From Akkermansia muciniphila ATCC BAA-835 (GTDB lineage Bacteria > Verrucomicrobiota > Verrucomicrobiia > Verrucomicrobiales > Akkermansiaceae), in NCBI RefSeq assembly GCF_000020225.1, contig NC_010655.1:870001-902000 (forward strand): a stretch of 32,000 nucleotides of DNA, given 5' to 3'. Both the position numbers and the translations under genes were made by a program. Shown here piece by piece: positions 1 to 9,378 of the stretch; positions within the stretch are counted from its first letter, which is position 1, and each line of letters starts with the position of its first letter. A model generated the notes under the pieces. The model saw only the letters and a list, made by a program, of their open reading frames with translations. It did not search any database and was not told the DNA's origin.

Positions 1-1260
1 GACCTGGCGGATGACATCATCCGCGCTTCGGACGATGTCCAGGTAATTGGCAAAATCCTGAGCTGTCCAAGAAGAACCCAGCTTGGTCCGGTAGCCGGAG
101 GCCGCACCCAAAGCGGAAACGGAAGAACCGCCGTAGATGACTGTATTGCCCCTGGCGTTGCTGACCCTCATTTCCGCCGCGCTGGCGGAAGCCGAGACGG
201 CACGCCCCTCTGCCGCGGCATACGCCATGGAAACGGAACCCGTCCTTTTCTGCGAGCCGCCGATGGAGCCTGCACTGGCCGCGCCGGCATAGCAGTAATA
301 GTTGGCGCGGGTGCCTCCGTTCCGGATCTGGAATGCCATGTCAGCCCCCAGCTCCCGACCGGAAGGGGGCAAAATACAGCTGGCCATGGGATGCAGGTAT
401 TGCAGGGCTGCGGGCGTCCACAACCTGGAAGAGAAGTTATAAGCCACGATCTCCAGCATCCCGTACGGCACGCCTTCCATACCGCGGAAGGAACCGAAGC
501 TGGTGCGCCATACCATGCTGGTTTTCCGCGTCTGGGCAGTCACCCGTTTGCCTGCGGAAGAGAACTTTCCATAGGCGGAGGCGGAGGAAACCAGGCTGCG
601 CACGGCAGACGCGCCGGGGGAACCGCCCCGGTTGTCCATGCAGTCATCCGGGGAAAATGGATTGTCCGGATCAATCTCATCCTCATCTCCGCCGTTGTCG
701 CCATTCGGGCACGGATTGCTGGAACTGCTGTTGGGAGAACTGCTGCTTCCACTGCTGGAGCCTCCGCATGGATCATCATCGCCCTCGTCGTTGTTGTCCA
801 CTGGCTCCGTTTCCGTCTCCGGGGGCACATAGGAAGAAGAAGAACCCGTTTGCCGGTTGGTAATTTCCACCTTCAGGTCAAAGGTGAATTTGGCAATGTT
901 GTTATTGGCATTGGGAATGGAAATATTGCTATAGTCCACATGTGCCCGATGCATTCCGGGCTCAATGCTGAAAGAAGCCGTCTGCGGCTCGTAGCTGCCG
1001 CCTCCGTACTGTCCGCGCGGGCCGATGTCCAGCCGTTCTTCTCCATCCACGGTCAAGTTAGCCAGATCGTCGGCGCCCATGGTCACCTTGCATTCGGCCG
1101 TTTCATCAGGCCCCAGCTCCCTGACTTCAAAATCCCAGTCCCAGCTTCTTTCAAAAGCGTCCGTTGGCGCTTGTTCGTCGATCGCGGAGGGAGCTCCGCT
1201 ATTGGAATTGCTCATGCCCGTCAGGGAATTGACATAGTTATCAAAGGATTGTTCTTTCAT
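1..1260 (-). CDS. hypothetical protein, N-terminal 420 codons (3' end beyond left window edge)
   Basis: Hand translation of the reverse strand from ATG at 1258-1260 (MKEQSFDNYVNSLTGMSNSN...) stays open to position 1. An in-frame stop upstream at 1300-1302, with no alternative start between, fixes the start. It is absent from the ORF track because it has no stop in the window; the + ORFs 333-863 and 391-1284 are its antisense shadows. No family recognised and no signal peptide. Confidence 0.6.
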   Translation of the reverse strand, partial: MKEQSFDNYVNSLTGMSNSNSGAPSAIDEQAPTDAFERSWDWDFEVRELGPDETAECKVTMGADDLANLTVDGEERLDIGPRGQYGGGSYEPQTASFSIEPGMHRAHVDYSNISIPNANNNIAKFTFDLKVEITNRQTGSSSSYVPPETETEPVDNNDEGDDDPCGGSSSGSSSSPNSSSSNPCPNGDNGGDEDEIDPDNPFSPDDCMDNRGGSPGASAVRSLVSSASAYGKFSSAGKRVTAQTRKTSMVWRTSFGSFRGMEGVPYGMLEIVAYNFSSRLWTPAALQYLHPMASCILPPSGRELGADMAFQIRNGGTRANYYCYAGAASAGSIGGSQKRTGSVSMAYAAAEGRAVSASASAAEMRVSNARGNTVIYGGSSVSALGAASGYRTKLGSSWTAQDFANYLDIVRSADDVIRQV

Positions 1261-1713
1261 GGTTTGAATCGGATTAGCTATTGAAACGCAAACATTGCAT
1301 CATCCCAATCTTGGAAAAACTGCAATAATTTTTATCCGTTCCTTATCCATAACAACAAAACCTCCTGTTTCAACACGTCCAACACGGGATGCTCCTGGCC
1401 TTAGCCGTGTTCAATATATGGTGACATTTCTTCTCTGCGCACTTCCGAATGGAAAACTCTGGCCCATATGGAAAATTCCGGAAGTAGCATATCCAAATGG
1501 CCTTTAACTGCACGCCATGAAACACAGCAATTTTTCGTTTAACATGAATTCATGAAATCTTCAACAGAAAAAGCATGATCTCCCTGAATTGAAAAAGAAA
1601 TCCAAAATCCATAAAAACGGCTATCGCCTTCGGGCATGTTCAGCATCCCTGACATATCCGAACGGAAAGAAAGCAGGATAAACTACCCACATCCGAGCAT
1701 CCATTCCTGAATT

Positions 1714-2217
1714 TTACAAGGAAAGCTGCTCCTTCAAACGCTCCAGCAGATTGCCGCAACCGTCCTGCAGCAATTTTACCACATGCTCAAAGCCTTCCTG
1801 TCCCCCATAATAGGGATCCGGTACTTCTTCATCCGGAAAACGAGTCGTGAAAAAACACATGGGCACTATTTTGCCTGTCCATTGTCCCTTTTTATCCAAT
1901 CGTTTCAAATCCCGCAGATTTTCACGGTCCATTCCCACAATCAGGTCAAATTGTTCCAAATCCTCTTTCCGCACGGGGCGCGACTTAAGTCCCGGATCCT
2001 CATATCCGTATTTTTTCAGTGCCGTCAGCATCCGGCTATCCGGAGGGCAGCCCCGATGATAACCGATCATTCCGGCGGAATCGCTCTCAACCAAATGTTC
2101 CAAACCTTGTTCTGCGACCATTTTTTTGAAAATGATTTCAGCGGCAGGAGAGCGGCAGATGTTGCCCAGACAGACAAACAGGACTCGGTAAGGTTCGGGA
2201 GCATTCATGGACGTCAT
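1714..2217 (-). CDS. low-molecular-weight protein-tyrosine phosphatase
   Basis: The P-loop VLFVCLGNICRSPAAE (C-X5-R-S) and the C-terminal DPYYG Asp loop are LMW-PTP signatures. The track start at 2337 is a TTG that adds 40 non-conserved residues. ATG at 2215-2217 (MTSMNAPEPYRVLFVCLGN) gives the usual size of about 165 aa. The start remains uncertain (2217, 2208 or 2337). Confidence 0.85.
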   Translation of the reverse strand: MTSMNAPEPYRVLFVCLGNICRSPAAEIIFKKMVAEQGLEHLVESDSAGMIGYHRGCPPDSRMLTALKKYGYEDPGLKSRPVRKEDLEQFDLIVGMDRENLRDLKRLDKKGQWTGKIVPMCFFTTRFPDEEVPDPYYGGQEGFEHVVKLLQDGCGNLLERLKEQLSL

Positions 2218-2396
2218 TTCTTTTTCAGGATAGGCAGGCGGCAGCCCCATTTCAAGAGGGAAGAGTTTATGCATGGGAAACGGAAACACCCACGAATATT
2301 GCATGGGGCAGAGAAAGGAACTGTGCCGCTCATTCAAAAATAAGATTCTCCTGTGTTTCGGCTTGCGTTAGAGGATGTCCGGCTGTAGATTATCGC

Positions 2397-3848
2397 ATGG
2401 CAGATTTCCCTCTTGGATTAAGTTTTGATGACGTGCTCCTGCTGCCCCGCCTGAGCGCGATTCTTCCCGGCGATGCAGACATCAGTTCCCAGCTTGTTCC
2501 CGGCTTTGACATGAAAATCCCCGTGTTGTCCGCGGCCATGGATACCGTTTCCGAATCGGAACTGGCGATTGCCCTGGCGCGGGAAGGCGGCCTGGCCGTC
2601 ATCCACCGCAACAACCCCATTGACATCCAGGCGGCCATGGTTTCCCGCGTGAAGCGTTTTGAAAACGCGGTCATCCCGAACCCCGTCACGGTCAACAAGG
2701 ACATGACGCTGGAAGAAGTCCACCAGATCATGATGGATCAAGGTTACTCCGGCTTCCCCGTCGTGGATGCCAACCGCAAGCTGGAAGGCATCATCACCGG
2801 CCGCGACATGCGCGGCGTGGACGATTACCAAAATGTCCAGGTCAAGGACGTAATGACCCCCCTTTCCCGCCTAATTACGGCAGCTCCCATCACGACCATT
2901 GAGGAAGCGCGCCACATCCTTTACACCCACCGCATTGAAAAGCTTCCTTTGGTGGATGAACACGGCGTACTGGCCGGCCTTATCACGGAAACGGATATCC
3001 AGAAGCGCGCCATGTTTGCAGACGCTTCCAAGGATGAACACGGCCACCTGCGCTGCGGCGCCGCCGTGGGTGTCGGCCCCGATTATCTGGACCGAGCCAA
3101 AGCCCTGATTTCCGCCGGAGCGGACGCCCTGTTCATTGACGCCGCCACAGGACACACGACCCGCGTGATGGACGTGGTTTCCAACCTCCGCAAGCTGACG
3201 GACCGTCCCATCGTGGCCGGCAACGTGGTTACGGCGGAAGGGGCAGCCGATCTCATCAAGGCGGGCGTGCAGGCCATCAAGGTGGGCGTGGGCCCCGGCT
3301 CCATTTGCACTACCCGCGTCATATCCGGCGTGGGCATGCCCCAATTCACCGCCATTCAGGAGGTAGCCTCCGTGGCGCGTCCCGCGGGCGTCACCGTCAT
3401 TGCGGACGGCGGCATCCGCTATTCCGGAGACATTGTCAAAGCCCTGGCCGCAGGCGCCGACCTGGTAATGCTGGGCGGACTGCTGGCAGGTACGGAAGAA
3501 AGCCCCGGCAAGGTGGTTCATTACCAGGGCCGCCACTTCAAGCAGTATCGCGGCATGGGCTCCCTGGGCGCCATGCGCCGCGGCTCCGGCGACCGCTACG
3601 GTCAGAACAGCTCCGGCAAGCTCGTTGCGGAAGGCGTGGAAGCGCGCGTTCCGTATAAAGGCATGCTGGCGGACGTGGTATTCCAGCTCATGGGCGGCCT
3701 GCGCTCCGGCATGGGTTATCTGGGTGCGCACAATCTGGAGGAACTCCGGAACAAGGCCCGGTTCGTTCAAATCACCTCCGGCGGGCTGAAGGAAAGCCAT
3801 CCCCACGATATCACCATCACGGAAGAACCCGTCAATTATTCCTGTTAA
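2397..3848 (+). CDS. guaB: IMP dehydrogenase
   Basis: 483 aa. N-terminal [10 protein letters not shown], a tandem CBS insert, the catalytic loop [11 protein letters not shown], and GGIRYSGD / YRGMGS motifs. Full-length match to the IMPDH architecture. Confidence 0.97.
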   Translation: MADFPLGLSFDDVLLLPRLSAILPGDADISSQLVPGFDMKIPVLSAAMDTVSESELAIALAREGGLAVIHRNNPIDIQAAMVSRVKRFENAVIPNPVTVNKDMTLEEVHQIMMDQGYSGFPVVDANRKLEGIITGRDMRGVDDYQNVQVKDVMTPLSRLITAAPITTIEEARHILYTHRIEKLPLVDEHGVLAGLITETDIQKRAMFADASKDEHGHLRCGAAVGVGPDYLDRAKALISAGADALFIDAATGHTTRVMDVVSNLRKLTDRPIVAGNVVTAEGAADLIKAGVQAIKVGVGPGSICTTRVISGVGMPQFTAIQEVASVARPAGVTVIADGGIRYSGDIVKALAAGADLVMLGGLLAGTEESPGKVVHYQGRHFKQYRGMGSLGAMRRGSGDRYGQNSSGKLVAEGVEARVPYKGMLADVVFQLMGGLRSGMGYLGAHNLEELRNKARFVQITSGGLKESHPHDITITEEPVNYSC

Positions 3849-3860
3849 CTCCTCCCTCAC

Positions 3861-5384
3861 ATGGACGACAAGCACCTCGTAGCCGTCATTGACTTCGGCT
3901 CCCAATACACCCAGCTCATCGTACGCCGCGTGCGCGAACTGGGCTACATGGCCAAGCTGTATGCGCTGGAAGACCTGGACCAGATTCACGAACCCGGCGC
4001 CGTCATCCTTTCCGGCGGCCCCAAAAGCACCACGGATGCGGACGCCCCGGACATTGACTTTGAATGGCTCCAAAGCCTGAATGTCCCCGTCCTGGGCGTG
4101 TGCTACGGCATGCAGCTGCTGAACATCAAGCACGGCGGCACCGTAAAAGCCAGCAACAAGCGGGAATACGGCCCCGCCGCCCTGCTGCCGGAAACCTGCG
4201 TGGGCCTGTACCGGGACATGTCCCCTTCCTCCCAGGTATGGATGAGCCATTCGGACACGGTGGACCATCTGGCGGAAGGCTGCCGCGTAATCGCCCGCAA
4301 TGCGGAAGGCGTCCCCGTCTCCCTCCAATGGGGAGAAACCACCTTCGGCATCCAATTTCATCCGGAAGTGACCCATTCCCATGAAGGGCGCACCATCCTG
4401 CGCAACTTCCTTTCCTGTGCGGCCAACCTTAAAAAGTTCGACATCGGAGACTTTAAAAGGGAACTCATCCGGGAAATCCGGGAACGCGTAGGCAACAGGC
4501 AGGTGGTCTGCGGCGTCTCCGGCGGCGTGGACAGCACCGTTCTGGCCGTTCTGTTGCATGAAGCGGGCGTGAACATGCGCGCCATCTTTGTGGATAACGG
4601 TCTGCTCCGCAAAAACGAGGCAGAGGAAGTGCGGGCCAATTTCGCCCGTATGAACGTGGAAATTGAAACGGTGGATGCCTCCGAACGCTTCCTGGCGGCT
4701 CTGGACGGAGAAAGCGATCCGGAAAAGAAACGCCGTATCATCGGAGGCCTGTTCATCGACGTTTTCTGGGATGCCGTGGGAGACGCGGAAATGCTCGCCC
4801 AGGGCACCCTGTACCCGGACGTGATCGAAAGCGCCTCCAACGCCAAATCCAAGGCCTCCGTCATCAAGACCCACCACAATCGCGTGGAACGCGTGCTGGA
4901 ACTCCAGGCGCAGGGGAAAGTACTGGAACCCCTGGCGGAACTGTTCAAGGACGAAGTTCGAGAACTGGGCGCCTCCATGGGCATCCCGCATGACATTCTG
5001 TGGCGCCACCCCTTCCCCGGCCCCGGCCTGGCCGTGCGCTGCCCCGGCGTAGTCACCAAAGAACGCCTGGACATCATCCGGGAATGCGATGCCATTTTCA
5101 TCGGCAATCTGAAAAAATACGGCTGGTACGACAAAGTCTGGCAGGCCTATGCCGGCCTCATCCCTGTAAAAACGGTGGGAGTGAAGGGGGACGAACGCTC
5201 CTATGAATGGGCTACCAACCTGCGCGCCATCGTGTCGGAAGACGCCATGACGGCGGACTGGGTGGAACTCCCCCCGGCCCTGCTGAGGGAAACCAGCAAC
5301 CGCATCCTCAATGAAGTAAAGGGCATCAACCGCGTCCTTTACGACATTTCCACCAAGCCCCCGGCTTCCATTGAGTGGGAGTAA
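3861..5384 (+). CDS. guaA: GMP synthase (glutamine-hydrolysing)
   Basis: 507 aa. GATase-1 domain (VLGVCYGMQ, HPE), PP-loop SGGVDSTV, and a C-terminal dimerisation domain ending PPASIEWE. Sits 12 nt after guaB. Confidence 0.97.
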   Translation: MDDKHLVAVIDFGSQYTQLIVRRVRELGYMAKLYALEDLDQIHEPGAVILSGGPKSTTDADAPDIDFEWLQSLNVPVLGVCYGMQLLNIKHGGTVKASNKREYGPAALLPETCVGLYRDMSPSSQVWMSHSDTVDHLAEGCRVIARNAEGVPVSLQWGETTFGIQFHPEVTHSHEGRTILRNFLSCAANLKKFDIGDFKRELIREIRERVGNRQVVCGVSGGVDSTVLAVLLHEAGVNMRAIFVDNGLLRKNEAEEVRANFARMNVEIETVDASERFLAALDGESDPEKKRRIIGGLFIDVFWDAVGDAEMLAQGTLYPDVIESASNAKSKASVIKTHHNRVERVLELQAQGKVLEPLAELFKDEVRELGASMGIPHDILWRHPFPGPGLAVRCPGVVTKERLDIIRECDAIFIGNLKKYGWYDKVWQAYAGLIPVKTVGVKGDERSYEWATNLRAIVSEDAMTADWVELPPALLRETSNRILNEVKGINRVLYDISTKPPASIEWE

Positions 5385-5391
5385 AGCTTCC

Positions 5392-5422
5392 GCACCCTGT
5401 TGACGGCCGTTCAGCAGGGTGC
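5392..5422 (+). terminator. hairpin downstream of guaA (possible terminator)
   Basis: GCACCCTG (5392-5399) pairs with CAGGGTGC (5415-5422), and the loop is partly self-pairing. It begins 8 nt after the guaA stop. No clear U-run follows. Confidence 0.35.
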
Positions 5423-5468
5423 CTCCGCTCCTCCTCTCCGGTAACAAAAATCAAGAAAGGAGAAAATA

Positions 5469-6071
5469 ATGACTGAACTGGAAAAATGCATGGCGGGCGA
5501 ATGGTACGACTGCCATGACAAGGTGTTTCTGGAATTCAAAAACAAGACGCACCGGCTCCTGATGAAATACAATTCCCTCCCTTACGACCATAAGGAGGAA
5601 AAGCGCCAGGTGCTCAAGGAAATGCTGGGCAGCGTCGGCACCAAGGTCTCCATCGGCCATTCCTTCATCTGCGATTACGGCCGCAACATCCATATCGGGA
5701 ACAACGTCACCGTCAATACGGGCTGCACGTTCGTGGACTGCAACAGGATCACCATCGGCAACAATGTGCTGATCGCCCCCAACGTACAGATTTACACCGC
5801 TACACACCCCATTGAGCTGAATGAACGCCTCACTCCCGTGGAAACGGATGAAGGAATCGAATACATCCGCCATACCTACGCTCTTCCCGTAACGATAGAA
5901 GACGGTTGCTGGATTGGCGGCGGCGTCATTATCCTGCCCGGCATTACCATCGGAAAAGGAAGCGTCATCGGAGCCGGCAGCGTGGTCACCAAAAATATTC
6001 CTCCCGACAGCCTGGCGGCGGGGAACCCCTGCAAGGTTATTCGTAAAATCAACGGAAGTCGGGAACAATGA
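5469..6071 (+). CDS. maa: maltose/galactoside O-acetyltransferase (hexapeptide-repeat, Maa/LacA type)
   Basis: 200 aa, collinear with E. coli Maa as recalled: MxxGEWY N-terminal domain, CDYGxNIxxGNN, IYTATHPI, and left-handed beta-helix repeats to GNPCKVIRKI. AAGGAG lies 8 nt upstream of the ATG. Confidence 0.85.
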   Translation: MTELEKCMAGEWYDCHDKVFLEFKNKTHRLLMKYNSLPYDHKEEKRQVLKEMLGSVGTKVSIGHSFICDYGRNIHIGNNVTVNTGCTFVDCNRITIGNNVLIAPNVQIYTATHPIELNERLTPVETDEGIEYIRHTYALPVTIEDGCWIGGGVIILPGITIGKGSVIGAGSVVTKNIPPDSLAAGNPCKVIRKINGSREQ

Positions 6072-6706
6072 TCAAGCTGATCGCTTTTGATCTGGACGGA
6101 ACCATTGGGGACACGGTCCCTATGTGCATCAGGGCATTTGAAAAAGCAGTTTCTCCCTATGCCGGACACACGCTGAGCGAACGGGAAATCACGCAGACTT
6201 TCGGCCTGAATGAAGTAGGAATGATCAAGAAAGTTGCTGGAGAAAAATGGCGGGAAGCTCTCCATGATTTCTACCCGGTTTATGAAGAAATGCATCAATC
6301 ATGCCCGTCTCCGTATGAAGGTATACGTGAATTGATAAAAACCTTGCAAAAGGCTGGCGTGCTTGTCGCCCTGATTACCGGGAAGGGAGACAAAAGCTGC
6401 CGCATCACGCTTGAGCAATTCGGCATGCGGAATTTGTTCTGTTCCATCAAGACCGGAACGGAAGACAAACCAAACAAGGCGGAAGCCATTGAAGAACTTC
6501 TGCATGACTTCCGCTTGAACAAAGATGAATTTTACTATATCGGGGATGCGGTTTCGGATGTGGCCGCCTGCAACAAAGCGGGGGTGACCTGCCTGTCCGC
6601 CGCCTGGGCAACGACCGCAGATGTCAACGGATTGAAAAAAGCCAACCCCTCAAAGGTTTTTCCCAGCATAAAGGAATTGACATTATTCCTGTCCATTGAG
6701 AAATAA
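6068..6706 (+). CDS. HAD-superfamily hydrolase (subfamily IA, phosphatase-like)
   Basis: 212 aa. Motif I is FDLDGTIGDT, motif II LITGK, motif IV YIGDAVSD. Its ATG overlaps the maa stop (ATGA at 6068-6071), which suggests translational coupling. Confidence 0.85.
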   Translation: MIKLIAFDLDGTIGDTVPMCIRAFEKAVSPYAGHTLSEREITQTFGLNEVGMIKKVAGEKWREALHDFYPVYEEMHQSCPSPYEGIRELIKTLQKAGVLVALITGKGDKSCRITLEQFGMRNLFCSIKTGTEDKPNKAEAIEELLHDFRLNKDEFYYIGDAVSDVAACNKAGVTCLSAAWATTADVNGLKKANPSKVFPSIKELTLFLSIEK

Positions 6707-6738
6707 TTAGGAGGTCTTTTCCGACTAATAAAAACATT

Positions 6739-7494
6739 ATGAAATTTCATAGGATAGTTGTTCTCATTGATGCTGATAATACCAATCTAGCTAATCTTGA
6801 AAAACTCATACAATACATATCCACTCGTGGACGTATTGTGGTCAAAAGAGCTTACGGTAATTGGAGTGAAAATTTAAAGGATAAGAAATCTGCACTACAA
6901 CAGTCTGGTTTTAAAACAGAGCATTATTTCAATTGTGTTCCCGGAAAAAATGCAACAGATATAGCATTAGCTATCGACGCCGTAGATTTATTACATAAAA
7001 ATTCTTACGACTCCTTTGTTATTGTTTCAAGTGATAGTGATTTTACACCTCTTTCTATCTACCTTAAAGAATCAGGAGTTTATGTAATAGGATTTGGAAA
7101 AAGCAATGCTTCTGAAGCTTTTAGAAACGGCTGTGATGAATTTAAAGATATAGAAAAAATTCCTACTAGTGAATCAAATTCTCAACATTTGAAGAATACC
7201 GCCCCGTCTGCAACAAAAAAAGATCCTTTAGAGATAATCCATAAACATCTTCAACAATGTGCGATAGATAATAAGAAAGACGATGGGTACACATCTGCAA
7301 GCGATGCTGGTAAATATCTTCGACAGCACATCCTTGGTTTTACTCCAAAAACCTATGGATACAAGAATCTTACTAATCTTTTAGAAGACTTTCGCAATCT
7401 CTATGCTATTGAAAAACATCCAATTCCCGGTAATAAAAACTCTGTTAATGTTAGCTATAAACTCTGTAACTCTACAAACAATTCAGAATCCTGA
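6739..7494 (+). CDS. NYN (LabA-like) domain protein with C-terminal OST-HTH/LOTUS-like domain
   Basis: 251 aa. VVLIDADN ... KNATDIALAIDA ... VIVSSDSDFTPL matches the NYN/LabA acidic-residue pattern. The C-terminal roughly 70 aa (GYTSASDAGKYLRQ...FTPKTYGYKNLTNLLEDF) resembles OST-HTH. The gene is strongly AT-rich relative to its flanks. Confidence 0.8.
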   Translation: MKFHRIVVLIDADNTNLANLEKLIQYISTRGRIVVKRAYGNWSENLKDKKSALQQSGFKTEHYFNCVPGKNATDIALAIDAVDLLHKNSYDSFVIVSSDSDFTPLSIYLKESGVYVIGFGKSNASEAFRNGCDEFKDIEKIPTSESNSQHLKNTAPSATKKDPLEIIHKHLQQCAIDNKKDDGYTSASDAGKYLRQHILGFTPKTYGYKNLTNLLEDFRNLYAIEKHPIPGNKNSVNVSYKLCNSTNNSES

Positions 7495-7518
7495 TTTAAT
7501 CCGTATCTGATTTCTTCC

Positions 7519-8505
7519 ATGGATACCGGCGCCGTCATCCTCACCTCCTTTCTCTCCACCATTCCCGTTTATCTTTTCTTTGCTACGGGTTTCTATCTGC
7601 GCCACAAGCAAGTCATCCAGGCAGACCACGACGCGCCCATCATGCGCATCGCGATGGATGTGGCCTATCCCTGCCTCGTCTTCCACAGTATCATGAAGTA
7701 CATGGTGCTCTCCGGAAATGAGACGCTCAGCAGCGTTTCCTTTTCCCTCCAGGCCATTTCAGCTGGGGCCCTGGAACTTCTGCTGGGCATCGCAGCTGCA
7801 TGGCTGGTCGCTAAACTGCTGCGCATGCGCATCGGCACGGGCCTGCGTACGTTCACCCTGACGGCGGGAGTGCAGAACTACGCTTTTTTCGTCATTCCCA
7901 TCATCCAGATGCTGTTTACCGCCGGCAACGACCCCACGCTGGGCATCCTTTTCGTCCACAATGTAGGGTGTGAACTGGTCGTCTGGAGCATCGGCGTTAT
8001 CATTATCGCAGGCGGTCCGGGCAACCTGAACATGGGCGTCTTTTTCCGCGGGCCCCTGCTGGCCGTCATCGTGGGCTTGGCGCTCGCCTGGTCCGGCCTG
8101 GGAACCTATGTGGCCCAACCGCCCCTGATGAAGACTTTTGAAATGATCGGCAACTGCGCCACGCCCCTGTGCCTGATCCTGTTCGGATGTTCCATGCGGG
8201 ATTTATGGCATAACATGAAGTGGGAACCCAAACCCATCATCTGCGGCCTGCTGACGCGGCTGGGGCTGGCCCCTGCACTGCTGCTCCTGATGGCTTATTT
8301 CCTTCCGGTGGATGATTATATCAAGCGCGTCATCATCATCCAGGCAGCCATTCCCTCCGCCGTCATTCCGGTCATTCTGGCCAAACGTTTCGGAGGCCAT
8401 CCGGACCTGGGCACTCAAATCCTGCTGACAACGACGGTGGCTTCCTTCCTCACACTGCCCTGCTGGTTGGCTCTTGGTTCCACCCTGGTCGTACCATTGT
8501 ATTAA
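7519..8505 (+). CDS. AEC (auxin efflux carrier) family membrane transporter
   Basis: 328 aa, with about 10 hydrophobic segments in two halves. The overall pattern is typical of the Mem_trans/AEC family. Confidence 0.78.
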   Translation: MDTGAVILTSFLSTIPVYLFFATGFYLRHKQVIQADHDAPIMRIAMDVAYPCLVFHSIMKYMVLSGNETLSSVSFSLQAISAGALELLLGIAAAWLVAKLLRMRIGTGLRTFTLTAGVQNYAFFVIPIIQMLFTAGNDPTLGILFVHNVGCELVVWSIGVIIIAGGPGNLNMGVFFRGPLLAVIVGLALAWSGLGTYVAQPPLMKTFEMIGNCATPLCLILFGCSMRDLWHNMKWEPKPIICGLLTRLGLAPALLLLMAYFLPVDDYIKRVIIIQAAIPSAVIPVILAKRFGGHPDLGTQILLTTTVASFLTLPCWLALGSTLVVPLY

Positions 8506-8758
8506 CGGGATAATGGCGACATCAATCCCCGGATGGTCCGCGACGGCCCGCTTGCCCAACATCTTCCGCTTTTCCGGAGGATTCCATTCCCGGTGTCCTG
8601 CCCTTTGATGGGAAATAAAACCAGTCTGCAAGGTTCGGCGGCGGAACAATTTCCCTGCTGAAATATCCGCATCCTTTCCGTCTCCATACTGCATTCCATG
8701 CTGAATGCTTCCCTACCTTTGGGTTGACTCCCCAGTCGGATATGTATTGAATGGATTC

Positions 8759-9238
8759 ATGAAATTTCCTGCTCCTCTCTGCGCCGCCCTGCTGCCGGTC
8801 CTGTTTTCCTGCGCGGAGCAGGTTTCCCGGATTGAACACGTTCGGGAGGTGCCCTTAAAAACCACGGTGGTTCCTGCGGAAGACGTAGGCATGCACCGCA
8901 CCCAGGCCACCTATCTGCTGCATGGCGCCGTCTCCCAGCAACAGCGCCTTCAGCGTCTGGGCCAATACTACTTCGTCACATGGAACGATGCCAATCCGGA
9001 ACAGGCGGCAACCCTGGTCATGATGTACCGCCAGGGAAAGACAGGTTCAACCGTCCTGACAAAATCCATTTTCTATCCGGCCGGGAGAAAAGGCGGCACG
9101 CAAAACTCCGTTTTCGAATTCATCGGGGATGAGGCCAGAGAAAAAGGGGAAATCCTCGCATGGAAGCTCGTCCTGAAGGACAACCGCGGCAAAACAATTT
9201 CCGAACGCCATTCTTATCTGTGGGGGGACGATCATTGA
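8759..9238 (+). CDS. hypothetical lipoprotein
   Basis: ORF 8705..9238. The internal ATG at 8759 gives MKFPAPLCAALLPVLFSC|AEQ, a signal peptide with a lipobox-like LFSC. No family recognised. Confidence 0.55.
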   Translation: MKFPAPLCAALLPVLFSCAEQVSRIEHVREVPLKTTVVPAEDVGMHRTQATYLLHGAVSQQQRLQRLGQYYFVTWNDANPEQAATLVMMYRQGKTGSTVLTKSIFYPAGRKGGTQNSVFEFIGDEAREKGEILAWKLVLKDNRGKTISERHSYLWGDDH

Positions 9239-9306
9239 CTCTTCGGCAAAAACACCGAAGAGCCATAAAATCAGCCGGATATGCAGGATGAAACCTGCAT
9301 ATCCGG
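9239..9306. terminator. two hairpins between convergent genes (lipoprotein gene / DAHP synthase gene)
   Basis: First hairpin: CTCTTCGG (9239-9246) pairs with CCGAAGAG (9255-9262). Second hairpin: a perfect 13-bp stem, CCGGATATGCAGG (9275-9287) with CCTGCATATCCGG (9294-9306), and a 6-nt loop. On the minus strand the second hairpin is followed by CTGATTTTAT. Confidence 0.5.
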
Positions 9307-9378
9307 CAGTCTCGCCGGCCAAGACATGGCCGCGCCAGCTTTCAACTCTGTTAATAATCCTCCGGAATATGGGCACGC

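Noticed and set aside
333-1284. Plus-strand ORFs 333-863 and 391-1284
   Set aside because: They are antisense to the open 420-codon minus-strand frame that starts at 1260. Their Arg/Cys/Trp-rich translations are not protein-like.
2871-5447. 858-aa minus-strand ORF spanning guaB and guaA
   Set aside because: It is antisense to two unambiguous conserved genes. The translation is Gly/Ala/His/Arg-rich with no recognisable domain. It is a typical stop-poor shadow frame in GC-rich DNA.
7480-7512. Possible direct repeats (AATCCTGATTT / AATCCGTATCTGATTT) at the right edge of the NYN islet as insertion scars
   Set aside because: I could find no matching copy at the left edge (6700-6740). The repeats are too short and imperfect to call a target-site duplication.
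8506-8758. 253-bp intergenic region upstream of the lipoprotein gene as a possible riboswitch or sRNA
   Set aside because: I recognise no conserved riboswitch core and saw no strong structure. It needs covariance-model searching and cannot be supported here.
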